Below are positions 1-13,763 of a DNA stretch of 64,000 nucleotides, in pieces; position 1 is the stretch's first letter, and each line of letters begins with the position of its first letter. The stretch comes from the human T2T-CHM13v2.0 reference genome, Homo sapiens. The notes beneath the pieces are model-generated. The model was not told where the DNA came from, did no database searches, and saw nothing but the letters and a program-made list of their open reading frames with translations. The stretch is from assembly GCF_009914755.1 (NCBI RefSeq), contig NC_060929.1. One strand, written 5' to 3'. The translations under genes and the position numbers were made by a program.

Positions 1-639
1 TATCTTCTTCTAACTGAATTAATTTATGGAAGTGTTAACATACCCAAAGTTACCACATTTCTCCAAGCCACCCTGGGTGATAATTTAAAAAGCAGGTATC
101 AGAAATTTGCCTGTGGCCAGGACCACAGTCAATGTGTTGCTGGAATTACGGTAACGGGCTGGCTTCTTTTGACATCAACAGCATGCTTTTCTTACCGCAA
201 TTTGTTCCTCTATATTGTTTCATCATTATGAGTACTTGTTTAAAACCCATTTACAAAGCGGATTGCCAAGTATTGTCTAGAACTATCACAGGAGATTTAG
301 GTGCGTGAAGTTCACGCTTGGTTGTTAGACTTTTAACTGCTTTTTGCATGCCAAGCATAGTTAATACTCAAAAATACCGTGCTCAAGGTGATGAAAGTTC
401 AGTTTCCTCATGGCTGCCTTTACTTGCCTATTCTTCTCCCCACCCACCTTCAATTTTGGTTCCAGAAAACATACTGTCTCCCAATAGATTGTTAACATTC
501 TTGGAAGCAATTCCAGTAAGGCTAGTTTTGTGGTGGTCTAATCCCTTCTAGCTGCACTCCAATTTGGCTTTTTATTGTTATTTCAAATAAAACGATTTTA
601 CTGCCTCACCAGTTCCTCTGTGTAGTAAAAGTCTTAGAA

Positions 640-905
640 TATTCCCGATGCTGTTTTTTGAAATGAATAAATTCAGCCTTGGGGAAACTGCGGTGAGATT
701 TTGGTGGTTACTGATATCATGCAAAAGAACTCATGACGAACCCGTGATTCAGTCGCGGCTACGCATGCAGGCGTGTCTGTACACATACTTACCAGCCCTG
801 AGACCTGGCGACAGTGGAGCAGCGCTCTAGGGAACCCGGCCAGCGGGCTGATGTCCCACGGGCTCCACAGAGTCCTCCATCATTTGCAACCACTCTGACG
901 CAAAC
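640..905. promoter_or_regulatory. Small CpG-retaining non-repeat patch, candidate promoter/enhancer
   Basis: Roughly a dozen CpGs in ~260 bp against a CpG-poor background. Motifs CGCATGC (NRF1-like), TGATTCA (AP-1-like) and TGACGCAA (ATF/CEBP-like). Confidence 0.4.
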
Positions 906-916
906 ATGCTGCCAAA
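793..916 (-). other. Candidate spliced exon (124 nt)
   Basis: Minus strand: ttttctatgttctcaatttcag|TTTGGC ... GGGCTG|gtaagt. GC/CpG-rich relative to flanks. No recognised protein. Confidence 0.35.
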
Positions 917-1537
917 CTGAAATTGAGAACATAGAAAACTTGACAGGACGATAGGGAAAGAAGGGGAGGAGGGTACATTAAAGAAGATTGGAAAAGAACA
1001 AAGAAAAGTAGAGATCAGTGTGGAAGGGCAACATTTCTCAACCATTATCAGCACTACCAGCCTTGCAAGACAAGATTCCCAGGGCCTTGTTCTGTCTTAA
1101 CACTATAATACAAAACTCGAGAGCCAATCTCTTACTCCACTGAGAATCAATTTGTTTATGTCACTCAGGAATGATATTGAGAAAAATATTGAATTGCTTT
1201 TAGTGAACAAATACTAGTTTGTGAGTTCAAAGCTTAGTTTTGATTAGGCTCATGAGTAAGTTGATCTGTGAGACTATCCAGGATGTGCTGCATTGTGAAA
1301 ATGTGTTTCCAGTTTTCATCCAGGCAGCCCTCTTTCCTGCCTTCTCCCTGCTCATCCAGACCACAATTACACTTGCTATTTGGAAGACTCTTCCTTTGAA
1401 AGCATTTAGAAGTATAAATAATGGTATGTTGGTTTCATCCGTCACAACTAAAAAAAAAAAATTACTTATTTTTTGATATAAGTACTTCTGTGGTATTTTA
1501 AAAATATTTTAATTATCGATTATTCTCTGGGACCCTG

Positions 1538-1810
1538 GGACTTAGGAATTGATATAACAGTGAACGCAATCTTGACTGTAATTTTTGGTTTGTTCTTCAC
1601 AAACTTTCAGTGGCTGCAAAACAGTGTAAATTGAATTGGTCAGACTTCCTGTAAGGTAAGGTTAAAAACAGTTTAGGATTTAGGAATTGATATAACAGTG
1701 AACACAATGATCACTGAAATTTTTGGTTTGTTCCTTACAAACTTTCAGTGGCTGCAAAACAGTGTAAATGGAATTGGTCGGACTTCCTATAAGGTAAGGT
1801 TAAAAACAGT
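1538..1810 (+). repeat. Tandem duplication, 2 x ~138 bp
   Basis: TAGGAATTGATATAACAGTGAAC...AAGGTAAGGTTAAAAACAGT starts at 1543 and again at 1681, with scattered mismatches. Confidence 0.95.
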
Positions 1811-3639
1811 ATGACCCAGAAAGCAGGGGACATGATTATAACCCCTGATTTTAGAAAAGTCACTATCAACTAGAGGTCTTAATGTGAGAATATAACTAAT
1901 TTAAAAATCATATTTTGGGTTTTTCCCTCAAGTATTTAGGGTAAAAAGAATCTCATGTTACTTGTTTCATTTAGTCAGATTTAAAGTTCATAATTACACC
2001 ATGGCACTCTATAGGTTTTTGAATCAATTGTTTAAGAAGACAGGTCACTGTGGTGTAATGTGTTGACACTTTCCTATTGCTGATTTGCAAAATTGGGAGT
2101 ATGTTTATAAAAGGATAAAATAAGCATAGTTAAATTTTCCAAATTAAATAAAACACAGCTAATTTTAAAGTTATTTATTTCAGATTTGATATTCTACAAA
2201 TATATTTTCCTGTAAACATTGATATAATTTTCAATATTTTAGAAAAATTAAGTTTTAACAAGTATATTAAATGATTTTACTACTTTGTTTTTATTTTCAC
2301 TTTAGTTTACATTTCTGATGAAACTATACTTAAATTTGTTATAATGAATATATTTACATGTTATTTTTAATCCTTTATGTTGTTATTGTGACAATTAAAA
2401 TTATGAAAACATTAACTACAATACTATAATTAGCTATTGTGCTAAAATTAAAGCAATAAAAGTAAATTTTATTGTGTAATTCTACACAATTCAGACCTAA
2501 CTTCTGAATTTTATATATATTTTTATAACTCTTCTAAACACTACCGATACGTCTGCAGGGTGATGTATGTTCTACAATAATTTAATACATTATCTTTGAT
2601 ATTTCATTGACTTTTAGTTAAATATTTTACATTTTAGTGTTTTGAAGGTGCAGTTAGCAATGTAGGAGTGTGGGGTATCTTTTATTAAATAGTTTTCATT
2701 TGATTCATGCTGTTACAGACAGACATATGGTCCATGGGCTTCCATTTGTACTCTTGCTCCAGGCCCTGCGAATGTTGGGCAATTTCACTCAGTTTTGACA
2801 GACTAGACAGAGCATGAATTTTACCTTTGCCAGATGTGCAGAAAGGGCTGTTTCTTTGCAGATGTTTCATTAATATGAGAACCTTGAAAAGATCATATTT
2901 TCCAGTTTACTTAAACTTGAATAAATTATAGAAAGTAATTCATACAATATTCTAAACATGTGAGATAAATTATTGAAAAGTTGTTTGACCTTTTTTTTTT
3001 TTTAAACATGAGAAATTATATTCCAGTGACAGTCCTGGATATTGAGTTTGGACTTACGCAGTAATATACACAGCACCAATAAAGTAGATCTCATTATTAT
3101 GATTTCACTTATTATTCATTATTTTTCTTTGTTACATATTGTATGTCCTTTTATGTGGGAGTTCTATGTAATGTATTATTTCCATTTGAAGAGTGAACAC
3201 ACTCTGAGGCTGTCTACAGAGGACCTTGGTGATGAATCTATCTAATCATTCATCATTTCTCTTCCCCACTGAACAGCTTGGCCTGCTTGACTCAGTCTTC
3301 GTGATTCAAGATGAGAGTCTGTCTGAGGCGTGCTTCTCTCATTGCTGCCAGAGGCCCTTAGTGGTGCTGCTGTGTTTCAGTGGACAACTTTGGTATCTTA
3401 CTCAATTAAAAACTCTCCTTTTGATTATCATTCCAGAGTTTATCTTGAAATTTTCTATAGTTTATTTTTCTTTAATTTTTCTTATATGCCCAGAACTTTG
3501 CTTCTTTGGATCGTTTCCATCTTTACTTTCAAATAGTCATAATTTATAAGCTTTTGCTTACCTCACACTTTTCCAAGTTCAAGTAGTTTCACAAGGCATG
3601 GTGCCAGGGCATTGGGGTATGGTGCTCTACCATTAAGTA

Positions 3640-3775
3640 AGGGAATTGGTGACTGGTTCCACTCTGTGTTTCACAAGTTCTCTGGACAATGTCTTTAGCT
3701 CTCTGGGATTCTAATACTGTCTGTAGAATTAGTACCAGACTAAATGGGCCTTTAGGTCACATGTAGCTCTAACAT
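3640..3775 (+). mobile_element. MIR-like fragment
   Basis: Degenerate MIR core/3' pattern ending ...TAGCTCTAACATT. Confidence 0.4.
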
Positions 3776-4814
3776 TTCCAAATCGTTACTATTGTTTCAG
3801 ATACCCATTTGTCCAGTTAAAGAATAGCAGATATATATTTATACCAATATGTAAGTTGCTACATAGAAGGAAGAAGTAAAACGTTAACTGCCTCTTTTTA
3901 ATGTCGAAGAATACCACATAGTTTTAGAATTGTAGGAAACCATGAATGATGTGATGTTCTTATTGTTTGTGTGTTTGTGTGTGTGTGGGGGGTGAGTGTA
4001 ATTATATAAGCATGGTTTCTTTTACATCACATCCTCATTTTGTATGCTTTAAAGAGTTCTTGCATAAGATTGTCCTTATATCACTTGTCCCTCTTCCATT
4101 GAGATGTTAGTTACTCATCTCCAATTTAAAACTAAGAGTTTTATTGGAATGTAACTCACATAGCATACACTTACACCCATTTAAAGTGTACCATTAAATG
4201 TAGTTTATCTTGGATTTTACTTTTTAAAAAGTACTGATAAGGTATACTTTTTTTAGAAAAAAGTACAGTACAAGATAAGCTACACCTCATGGTCAATGTG
4301 TGATTGAGTTATAGTTTTATACAGGGATTGGTTAATGCCATAAATTAGGAGCATACTTTCTGTTTTACTTATAAGTGTTTTGTAACGACCTCTTCCTCAC
4401 CACACTGGAATACACACATGCACACATCATTTTTGTTGAGTTGGAGAGGACAACAATGATATGAAAGCATAATTTTTTAGCTATATGTTGTGTTAATGTT
4501 TTTGAGAAAACAATATTATACTACATCTGGTGTGATATAACAAAAAATAAGCCAGTTATTTAGTAAGCGTAGGATCCATTCAGCAGTTACAAAATAAGGA
4601 AGATCTTCCGGGTGCTAAGATGCTCTGGTTTTAGTCATGCTGTTCATGGGCAACTTTCTAGCTCTGCACTCTGTTTCTACCATTTAAAGAAAAGAATAAA
4701 AAATAACAGCTTTAATATAATGTAGTTTACACATTCTCCTCCAAATATCCAGTCCAGTTTTTAGAGATTTTATTATCCTCTAAATAGTTATTACTATTTT
4801 CAGGCTCTCAGAAA

Positions 4815-5925
4815 CAATATTCTCCAAGCTGGGTAATATGTATCCCTGAGGTGATAAACTTTTCAAGGGTAAATGGCATGAATAATATTTTAAAAATTTA
4901 TTACTAGATCTTCAACATTTATATGTACACTATCCTCTGAGTGTATCTTCCTGAGAACTAATCTGTGACCCAAATAGCCCCCCTAAAAAATCACTTGTAT
5001 TCCCTTTTTATACAATAAAGGCACATTTCTTATCCACTTTGAATCTTACCTTGGTACATGCCACCAGGTGGCAAAATCTTTGTGTCACCAAAGAGGTGAT
5101 TTGAAATATCAGTGAGAGTGATGAGAAAATGAGTGACGCTAATGAGTTGGTAAGAAATCCTTTTGCAGGTTTACTGGTTTTAAATTCTTCGCTTTCAAGA
5201 ATATTTAAGGAAGGTAATACAATTGCCAGCAAATAGAACATTAAAAATAATTTTGGTGAAAGATCATTTTGTGCCTTTTGGCATAAAACTTGAATGGAAT
5301 TTAAAGAATTGAGTGATAATGCCCTGGAAAAACTCTTTGGACTTCTATTTACTTAGTACATGAACATAGACTCTTAGCCTTTACATTTATAAAAGCAAAA
5401 AAAATAGGAGTAGAATTTATACAGTCTAATCTAGAAAATAATGATATTGATAAACATTTAAACCCATTGGATAATAAAGCACCACAAAAAAATCAATAAC
5501 AGATGTATTTCCAAAATTGTTACTTTTTATGATTACTAATTTTGGATGTGAAATATATATAATAGTTACATTGTTTTGATCAATTGTGAACTAACACAAT
5601 TATTGTGATGACTTTTCAATATGGAACTTTCTTTTTAACACTCAGACATTTATGGTTCCCAAAGAATTTAAAAATTTTAAATTCAATATGTACATAATTT
5701 TGCTGAATAGAAGTGTAAGTGATGACCGTAAGATTTTCAAGCATAAAATTGTATTACATTGAGATAAAACTCTGTTAGAGGGGAACAAGAATGAAAATTC
5801 TAACTCATAGGGAAAAAGACAAATATAAAGTTTACAACTATTTAAGAGATTGTTTATATATTTATAAATGTATAATGGTGAGTATCAAATCACTATATTA
5901 TTTAGACTGTTTTGGATACATTTAA
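4815..5925 (+). mobile_element. hAT-Charlie DNA transposon fossil
   Basis: 5275-5420 reads as decayed hAT C-terminal dimerisation region (FW...FKELSDNALEKL...TFIKAK-NRSRI). Boundaries approximate. Confidence 0.6.
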
Positions 5926-5931
5926 GAGAAT

Positions 5932-6318
5932 CATCTTATTCTGTTCATGCCACTATAACAGAATACCACAGACTAGGTCATTTAAAAAGAAGACAGCTGT
6001 AGTTTCTCTCAGTTCTAGAAACTGAAACGTTCAAGATCAAGGTGCTGGCAGGTTCTGTTGTCTGCTGAGGACTGCTCTCTGCTTCCAAGATGGTTCTTTG
6101 ATGCTGCATTCTACAGAGAGGAGAAATGCTGTGTCCTCACATGGTGGAAGGTGGAGAGGGATGAGTGAGACAAACTCTCTTTTTTTATGAAGGCTCCAAA
6201 TCCCATTCACAAGGGGAGGAGGCTTCTTGATGTAATGAACTCTTAAAGGCTCTACCTTCTAATACTATCAAATTGGCAACACCTGAATTCTCGAGGAGAC
6301 ACATTCAAACCACAGCAA
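5932..6318 (-). mobile_element. MaLR solo LTR (MLT1A/MSTD-like)
   Basis: CTATAACAGAATACCACAGACT...AAGATCAAGGTGCTGGCAG...ACATTCAAACCACAGCA. Confidence 0.8.
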
Positions 6319-6860
6319 GATTTATAATAGCTTTATTTTAAAAGCTAATATTTATAGTATACTGTAATTTACATATTTTGCAGGTAATTAAACTTCTGTT
6401 GAAAATTTTATTTTGACTTCTAAATGTGTGGGGGATTTCTCCAACATTCCTTTAGAATTAAAAGAACAAAATATGATATTTATTTACAAAATCATCCCAT
6501 ATCTTATAGCCCCTTTTAAAGATAAGAAATGAATGAAACTAGTAGCTCAGCTACCCAGTAAACCTCTAGACATCATGAATTCATAAAATTATTAAATATT
6601 TTTTATTAATGTAGTCCAGACATAAAATTATTTTTCTCTAAATAAGATATTTCATGTTTGGTTTTAAAAATTAACTTTATTATTCTATAGTGGCTCGGTA
6701 CTGTTGTGCTTTAGAGTATATCCTTGGGGGCCTTCATTCCATTCAATGGTACTGTCTTAAGTTCATTTGTGTTGCTATAAAGGAATACCTGAAGCTGGGT
6801 AATTTATAAAGCAAAAAGGTTTACTTGGCTCATTCTTCTTCAGGATGTACAGGAAGCATG

Positions 6861-7444
<584 letters not shown>

Positions 7445-8600
7445 TAGGCACTTTTTAACAAGCAGCTCTCAGTAGGAATCAATAGAATGAGAACTCACTC
7501 GTTTCATTACTGTGAGGGCAGCACCAAGCTATTCATGAGAAATCCACCTCCATACCTCCCACCAGGGCCTGCTTCCAGTATTGGGGATTAAATTTCAACA
7601 TGAGACTTGGTAGAGCCAAACAAACCGTATCTAAACCATAGCAGGTACCCACCTCAACTAGTGCCTGCCACACTTTCTAGGCCATTATACATTCATGATG
7701 CTTCTCTGGCTTTCTAGAACTCCAAATTAATCTTGGCCTCACTGTGCACAAATGTAGACTTCTATTTTCTAAATTCTATAGACATTATACCCTTGTGAGT
7801 TTTTTTCTTTATATTAATTAGTTAATTTATTTATTAATTTTTGGAGCGCTCCTGCTATCCAGCAGTCCATAGTTTTGATTATTTCATAAATATTGCATAG
7901 AAGGGAGCTATCTAACTTGCTTAAGAGCTATAAAAAGATGACAAAATACTGATAATAGAAGGAGGGTTCTGGGAAGATGGAAGAGTAGGAAGTATCAAGA
8001 ATCTGTTTCCCTACCTAACCAACAATTGCACTGGTAGAATCTGTCTGATATAATTATTTTGGAACTCTAGGGTCTATTAAAGCCTTGTAACTTTCAGGGG
8101 AAGTGTTGGATGGCAAATTGTAGTTAATTTGGATTGCTCTTAGTGTTTAGCTCAGCAGCAGCTACCCATCCTCCACCTCTAGCCCTGTGGAAAGCAGCCA
8201 TGCACATGTTCCTAAAGCAGCTTACATGCAGCTTGAGAGGGCCAGGGTGAGCAAGCAGAACTCTACTCCAAATGTTGGAGATCCGTGTTCTATGTTCTGA
8301 TCACTGATTGCTGTTACTAATCAGGAAGGTGCAGACATCTAGGTGGTTAGCTGTTGTTGTACCCCTCCCTCATTGTTGCAGCGTCTCCCTCTCAGGCTAA
8401 ATAAATATACTTAGCATTTAAAGGGCTGAGGCCATTCCTCACCCCTTCATTTTTTTCTTTTTTCTTTTTCTTTTTTTTGGGGGGGGAACCAGATATTAAA
8501 GACTGGGACACTCAAACCAACTATATACATATAAGGTGATTTAGAAAGCTACCATACATGCACAGAGAAAAGCAAAGGCCCATTAAGAGATCTGAGAAGA

Positions 8601-8887
8601 GGCTAGGTGCAGTGGCTCATGCCTATAATCCTCGCACCTTGGCAGGCCAAGGTGGGAAGATTGCTTAAGGCCAAGAATGCAAGACCAGCTTGGGCAGCAG
8701 AGTGAGAACCAGTTACTAAAAAAATTAAAAGAAGTTACCCAATTGTGGTGGTGCACACCTGTGGTCCTAGCTACTCGGGAGGCTGAGATCACTTGAGCCC
8801 AGGAGTTCAAGATTACAGTGAGCTGTGATCACACCATTGTACTCCAGCCTGAGTGACAAAGTGAGACCCTGTCTCTAAAGAAACAAA
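8601..8887 (+). mobile_element. AluJ-like
   Basis: Dimeric Alu, CpG-decayed, with deletions. Confidence 0.9.
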
Positions 8888-8888
8888 A

Positions 8889-9203
8889 GGTTGGATGCAG
8901 TGTCTCATGCCTATAATTGCAGCACTTTGAGAGGCTGAGGTGGTAGGATTGCTGAAGGCCAGGAGTTTGAGACCACTCTGGGCAATTAGTGAGAGCTCCA
9001 TCTCTACAAAAAATTAAAAAATAAAAATTAGCTGGGGATGATGGTACATGTTTGTAGTCCCTAGCTGAAGTGGGAGACTGAGGCAGAAGGATCACTTTAG
9101 GCCAGGGGGTTGAGGCTGCAGTGAACCATGATTGCGCCACTGCACTCAAGCCTGGGTGACAGAGTGAGAAACTGTCATAAAAAAACAATACAAAACAAAA
9201 CGA
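8889..9203 (+). mobile_element. AluJ-like, tandem to previous Alu
   Basis: Dimeric Alu with (CAAAA)n tail. The pair is flanked by AGA(T/C)CTGAGAAGA. Confidence 0.9.
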
Positions 9204-10067
9204 AGACCTGAGAAGACCTTAAGTTTACACCTCAGGCTGATCTTTAGCATAAACACAACCTACAATAAAAACAAAAGAAAAACAACAAACCTTGGGGAAA
9301 GGAACAAATCTGATTTTCATAGTTGCCACATTAGTAGATTCAATTGTCTGGTTTTCAGGAAAAAATCACAGGGCATGAAATGGCAAGTATGGCCTATTTA
9401 AAGTAAATAATAATAATAAGCCAACAGAAACTGTACCTGAGAAAAATTAGATGGCAAGCCTTCTAAAAAAGAGAAGGCAGAAGAAAAAAAAATCAGTGAG
9501 CTTAAAGATAGAACAATAAAAATTAACAGGTCTAGGAAATGGAAAGAAAAAAGATTTAAGAAAATTGAAGAGAGCCTGTGGGACCTGTAGGGCACCATCA
9601 AGCAGACCAACTTACACACTGGGAGATTCCCAAAAAGAGAATAGAAAAAGAAAGGGGAAGACAAATTGTTTGAAAAAATATGGTCAAAAACATAACCAAA
9701 TTTGATTTTAAAAAAATGAGTATAAATATCCAAGAAGCTTAATGTTCTCTCAGTAAAATGAACTCCAAGAGACAAGCACTGACACACATTATAATCAAAC
9801 TGTTAACCAAAGAGAAAAATCTTGAAAGCAGCAAGAGAGAAGCAGCTTATCACTTACAAGTCAGCCTCAGTAGGTTTATGAGAAGATTTATCATTAGAAA
9901 GTTAAGAGATCAAAGGCAGTGAGCTAATATACTAAAGTGCTAAAAGAAAAAAATTAAGAATCATTTATCCACAAAAACTGTGCTTCCAAAGTGAGGAAAA
10001 AATTAAAGTATTCATCAATAAACAAAAGCTATAGGAGACTGTTATCTCTAGGTTTGCCCTGAAAGAA

Positions 10068-10691
10068 TTTCTTTTAACTTTAGGTTCAGGGTTACATGTA
10101 CAGGTTTGTTATGCAGGTAAAGTTGTGTCACGGGGATTTTCTGTACAGATTATTTTGTTACCCAGGAACTAAGCCTAATAGCCAGTAGTTATTTTTTTCT
10201 GATCCTCTCCATCCTCCCACCCTCCAACCTCAAGCTGGCCCTGGTATCTGTTGTTTCCCTCTTTAAGTCCATGTATTCTCATCATTTAGCTCCCACTTGT
10301 AAGTGAGAACATGTGGTATTTGGTTTTCTGTTCCTAAGTTAGTTTGCTAAGGATGATGGCCTCCAGCTCCATCCATGTTCCTGCAAAGGACATGCTCTCA
10401 TTCCTTTTTATGGCCGCATAGTATTCCATGGTGTATATGTACCACATTTTCTTTATCCAGTCTATTATTGATGGGCATTTAGGTTGATTCCATGCCTTTG
10501 TTATTGTGAATAGTGCTGCAGTGAACATAAATGTGCAAGTGTCTGTATTGTAGAAAAGTTTATATTGCTTTGGGTATATACCAAGGAATGGAATTGCTGG
10601 GTTGAATGGTACTTCTATTTTTAGCTCTTTGAGAAATCTCCATACTGTTTTCAACAATGGCTGAACTAATTTACACTTCCAACAACAGTGT
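10068..10691 (-). mobile_element. 5'-truncated old L1P 3' end (L1PA13-16/L1PB-like)
   Basis: ORF2 C-terminus in track ORF 10334..10792 ([18 protein letters not shown]). Degenerate TSD CCTGAAA..ATTTCT. Confidence 0.88.
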
Positions 10692-10921
10692 CCTGAAAAT
10701 ATTTCTAAAAAGAATCCTGCAAGTTGCAATGAAATAACACTAGGCAGTAACTCAAAGCCATTTGATCTCAGTAAAGGTGAGTACATGAGCAATCATGAAG
10801 GCTATTATTATTGTAACTATGGTTTGAAACTTCACTTTTTGTTTTCTATGATTTCAGAGACTAATACTAAACAAAAAACAATTATTAGTGTAAAAGCTAG
10901 TATTATTGCAACTTTGGTTTG

Positions 10922-11280
10922 TGATATGGTTTTGCTGTGTCCCCGCCCAAATCTCATCTTGAATTGCAGCTCCTATAATCTCCACATGTCGTGGGAGGTT
11001 CCCACTGGGAGGTAATTGAATCATGGGGGTGGGTTTTCCCATGCTGTTGTCATGATGGTGAGTAAGTCTCATGAGATCTGATGGTTTCATAAAGGGTAGT
11101 TTCCTTGCACATTCTCTCTTGCCTGCCACTGTGTAAGACATGCCTTTGGTCCTCCTTCACCTTCCACGACTTGAGGCCTCCCCAGTCACGTGGAACTGTG
11201 AGTCCATCAAACATCTTTTTCTTTATAAATTACCCAGTCTCAGGTATTTCTTCATAGCAATATGAAAATGGACTAATACA
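10922..11280 (+). mobile_element. THE1 solo LTR (THE1B/C-like)
   Basis: TGATATGGTTTTGCTGTGTCCCC...GACTAATACA with TSD GTTTG. Confidence 0.92.
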
Positions 11281-11934
11281 GTTTGTAACTCTACCTATTT
11301 TCTACATTATTTCAGTGCATTTTTAAAATAGTGCATTTAAAAAATCAGTAGTTCACATTTTTGGACACAGGATGTATAAAGATGTAATTTTGTGACATCA
11401 ATACCTAAAGGGATGGGAACAGAGATGTAAATCAGCAGAGTTTTTTTTATTTTATTGAAGTTAAGCTTGTATAAATTCAAATTATAGTGTTATGACTTTA
11501 GGATGTTAATTGCAGTCATCTTGGTAATCATAGAGAAAATAGTTATAGAATATACACCAAAGAAAATGAGAAGGAAATTAAACATTTCATTACAAAATAC
11601 CAACTAAACACAAATATGTAGTAATGCAGGAAATCAGGAACCAAGAAGAGGTAAGGCATATACAAACAAATAGCAAAAAGACTGAAGCAAATCCCTTCTT
11701 ATTAGTAATTACTTTAAATATAAATAGATTAGACTCTTCAGTTAAAAGACAGAGATTGGCAGAATGGTTTTAAATAGACTCTTTTTACTTTTCTAATTCA
11801 TCTTGTAATGTTAAGTGTAATCTTTTTTAAGAACAATCTTAATACCTAAACTAATTGTAAAAGCAATACATTATAACAATAAATACGTGCTTACAAAAAC
11901 AATAATGTCAAATCACAAGCAATAGAATTAATCA

Positions 11935-12130
11935 TGGCTTACATTTATTGAGTTTGTACTATGTGCCAAGTACTATTATAATGGTTTATACTTAATTAGA
12001 AATAACACTACTTTAGTTCTCATCTTACAGGTGGGGAAATTGAAGCACAGTTTGCAGATTTACTCAAGGTTACACAGTAACTAAATGATAGCCTAGTCTG
12101 ATAACAGAATTTAAACTGAACTGCTATGCT
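11935..12130 (-). mobile_element. MIR
   Basis: CATTTATTGAG..CTATGTGCCAAG...ACAGGTGGGGAAATTGAAGCACAG...CAAGGTTACACAG. Confidence 0.7.
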
Positions 12131-13763
12131 GAGATATTAGCTGTGATTATTACTAGTTTTATATATAGAATATTACACAGAAGATTAGCCCTCCAATTTT
12201 CTAATCTATGTATTTTTAAGTGGTTTGCTCATAAAAATAATATAATAAGGAAGAAGTGGTTCAATCTCATACATTCTAGGTAGAGGACCACAGATCTTTT
12301 CATTGGTGCAGTCTATTTGTCTTCAAAATGATGATATTCGTTACATGAGAGACCAGTGTGGCTAGGACTGGGCAAAAGATCACCACTGTTAAAAGGCTTA
12401 GGGTCCAAATTCTACAGATTCTACAGACTGTAGAAATTAGAAATATTAGAAAGTCATCTGCATGAATAAATCACATGCCTAGAAAGGCAGTGAAATACAA
12501 TGCACTTTTCAGTTGAAGGGTTTTTATTTTTCCCCGTGCAAGCTTGAATTAAAAAACCAGTCTGAAATTAGATTTTGTTGCCAACATTAATCCCAAATTT
12601 TAGAAAAGTCAGAGCGTGTTTCTTCAAGTTGATTTATGCCAGCCTCAACTATGCCAAGGGAGAAAAAGTGGACCAAATTTTGTGCTTGAAATATATAATG
12701 TAAACTGACACTCTGAAGTACTTTTTTAATGTCACGAGAACTGCAAATGCATGTTTTTTGCTCTGAGGCAAAAAGAAAGGATTCAAAGACAATGATTCTT
12801 GATGGTTTCTTTTCCCTTATTGAGAAAACATCTGCCAGTTTTTACATACATTTCATCATAATGCACTATTTCCTCAAATATCCTTCATAGAAAATATCAC
12901 TAACCATTATTATAAGATTATCACAATAGAAAGATAATTTCATAGATATGATGACAATAATAAAATATGAGTTAGGGCAAGGAAGTTTTAGACCACAATA
13001 AAAGAAATTGAAATCAACCTGAGTATGGCAAAATTATAAGGAGAGCATGGCAATGTGATTTAACAAGCGGCTAATTTAAGATGAGTCCCAGAAACAGAAG
13101 GAAAATGCATTAGATATTATGAAATAAGACAAAAACCAATGGGCTAACAATTTTAGAATCAAATGATTCTTTTCAAGGTTTTAAGATCATAGATAGAACA
13201 CTCATGACTGTACAAAATGGAAGATCTGCAAATCACATACCATATATATTGCTTAAATATTTTTAACTTTATTTTTGATTATAATTTAAGACCTTTTTAG
13301 AAGGAAATCAATATATACTTTGGATTTTATAAGTGAAAATTTATAAAAGATTGTACAGTTGAATGGAAACTTCAAAGCAGTTCAGTCCAACCATCATTGA
13401 TTCATTATTCGTGCGTTAAATATCCTGTCATTCCTTCAACAAGTATCTGATTAATTAACTGGGTACAGCAGTAAATGAAGAAAAGTGTCTTCGTGGAGCT
13501 TATATATTGGCAGGGAAACAAGGACAATAAATAAGTAAATATGTAAAATGGTGATAGGACTAAGCAGAAATAAAAGGTAAGGAGAGGTCATAAAAAGAAT
13601 GGAGATAGTTGCTTTATTAAATAAGATGATCGAGGGAAGGTTTCACTGAGAAGGTGACATCTGAGTAAAGTCTGAAGAAGATGAGGAATGACATCTCCAG
13701 ATACCTAGTCGGAGAGCTTTTCAGGAGCAGCAAATACAGTGGACTTGAGATATCTGGGCATTA

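Larger units (their letters stand above)
7960..11775 (+). mobile_element. Old L1M 5' portion (5'UTR, decayed ORF1, start of ORF2), interrupted by younger elements
   Basis: GGGAAGATGG 5' end. ORF1-like 9450-10060 (CACATTATAATCAAACTG...TCTTGAAAGCAGCAAGAG). ORF2 start-like TTAAAAGACAGAGATTGGCAGAATGG at ~11740. Confidence 0.75.

Noticed and set aside
10334-10792. 152-aa ORF2-like ORF (also 13721-14319, 24123-24398, 27071-27430)
   Set aside because: These are fragments of 5'-truncated dead L1s, not genes.
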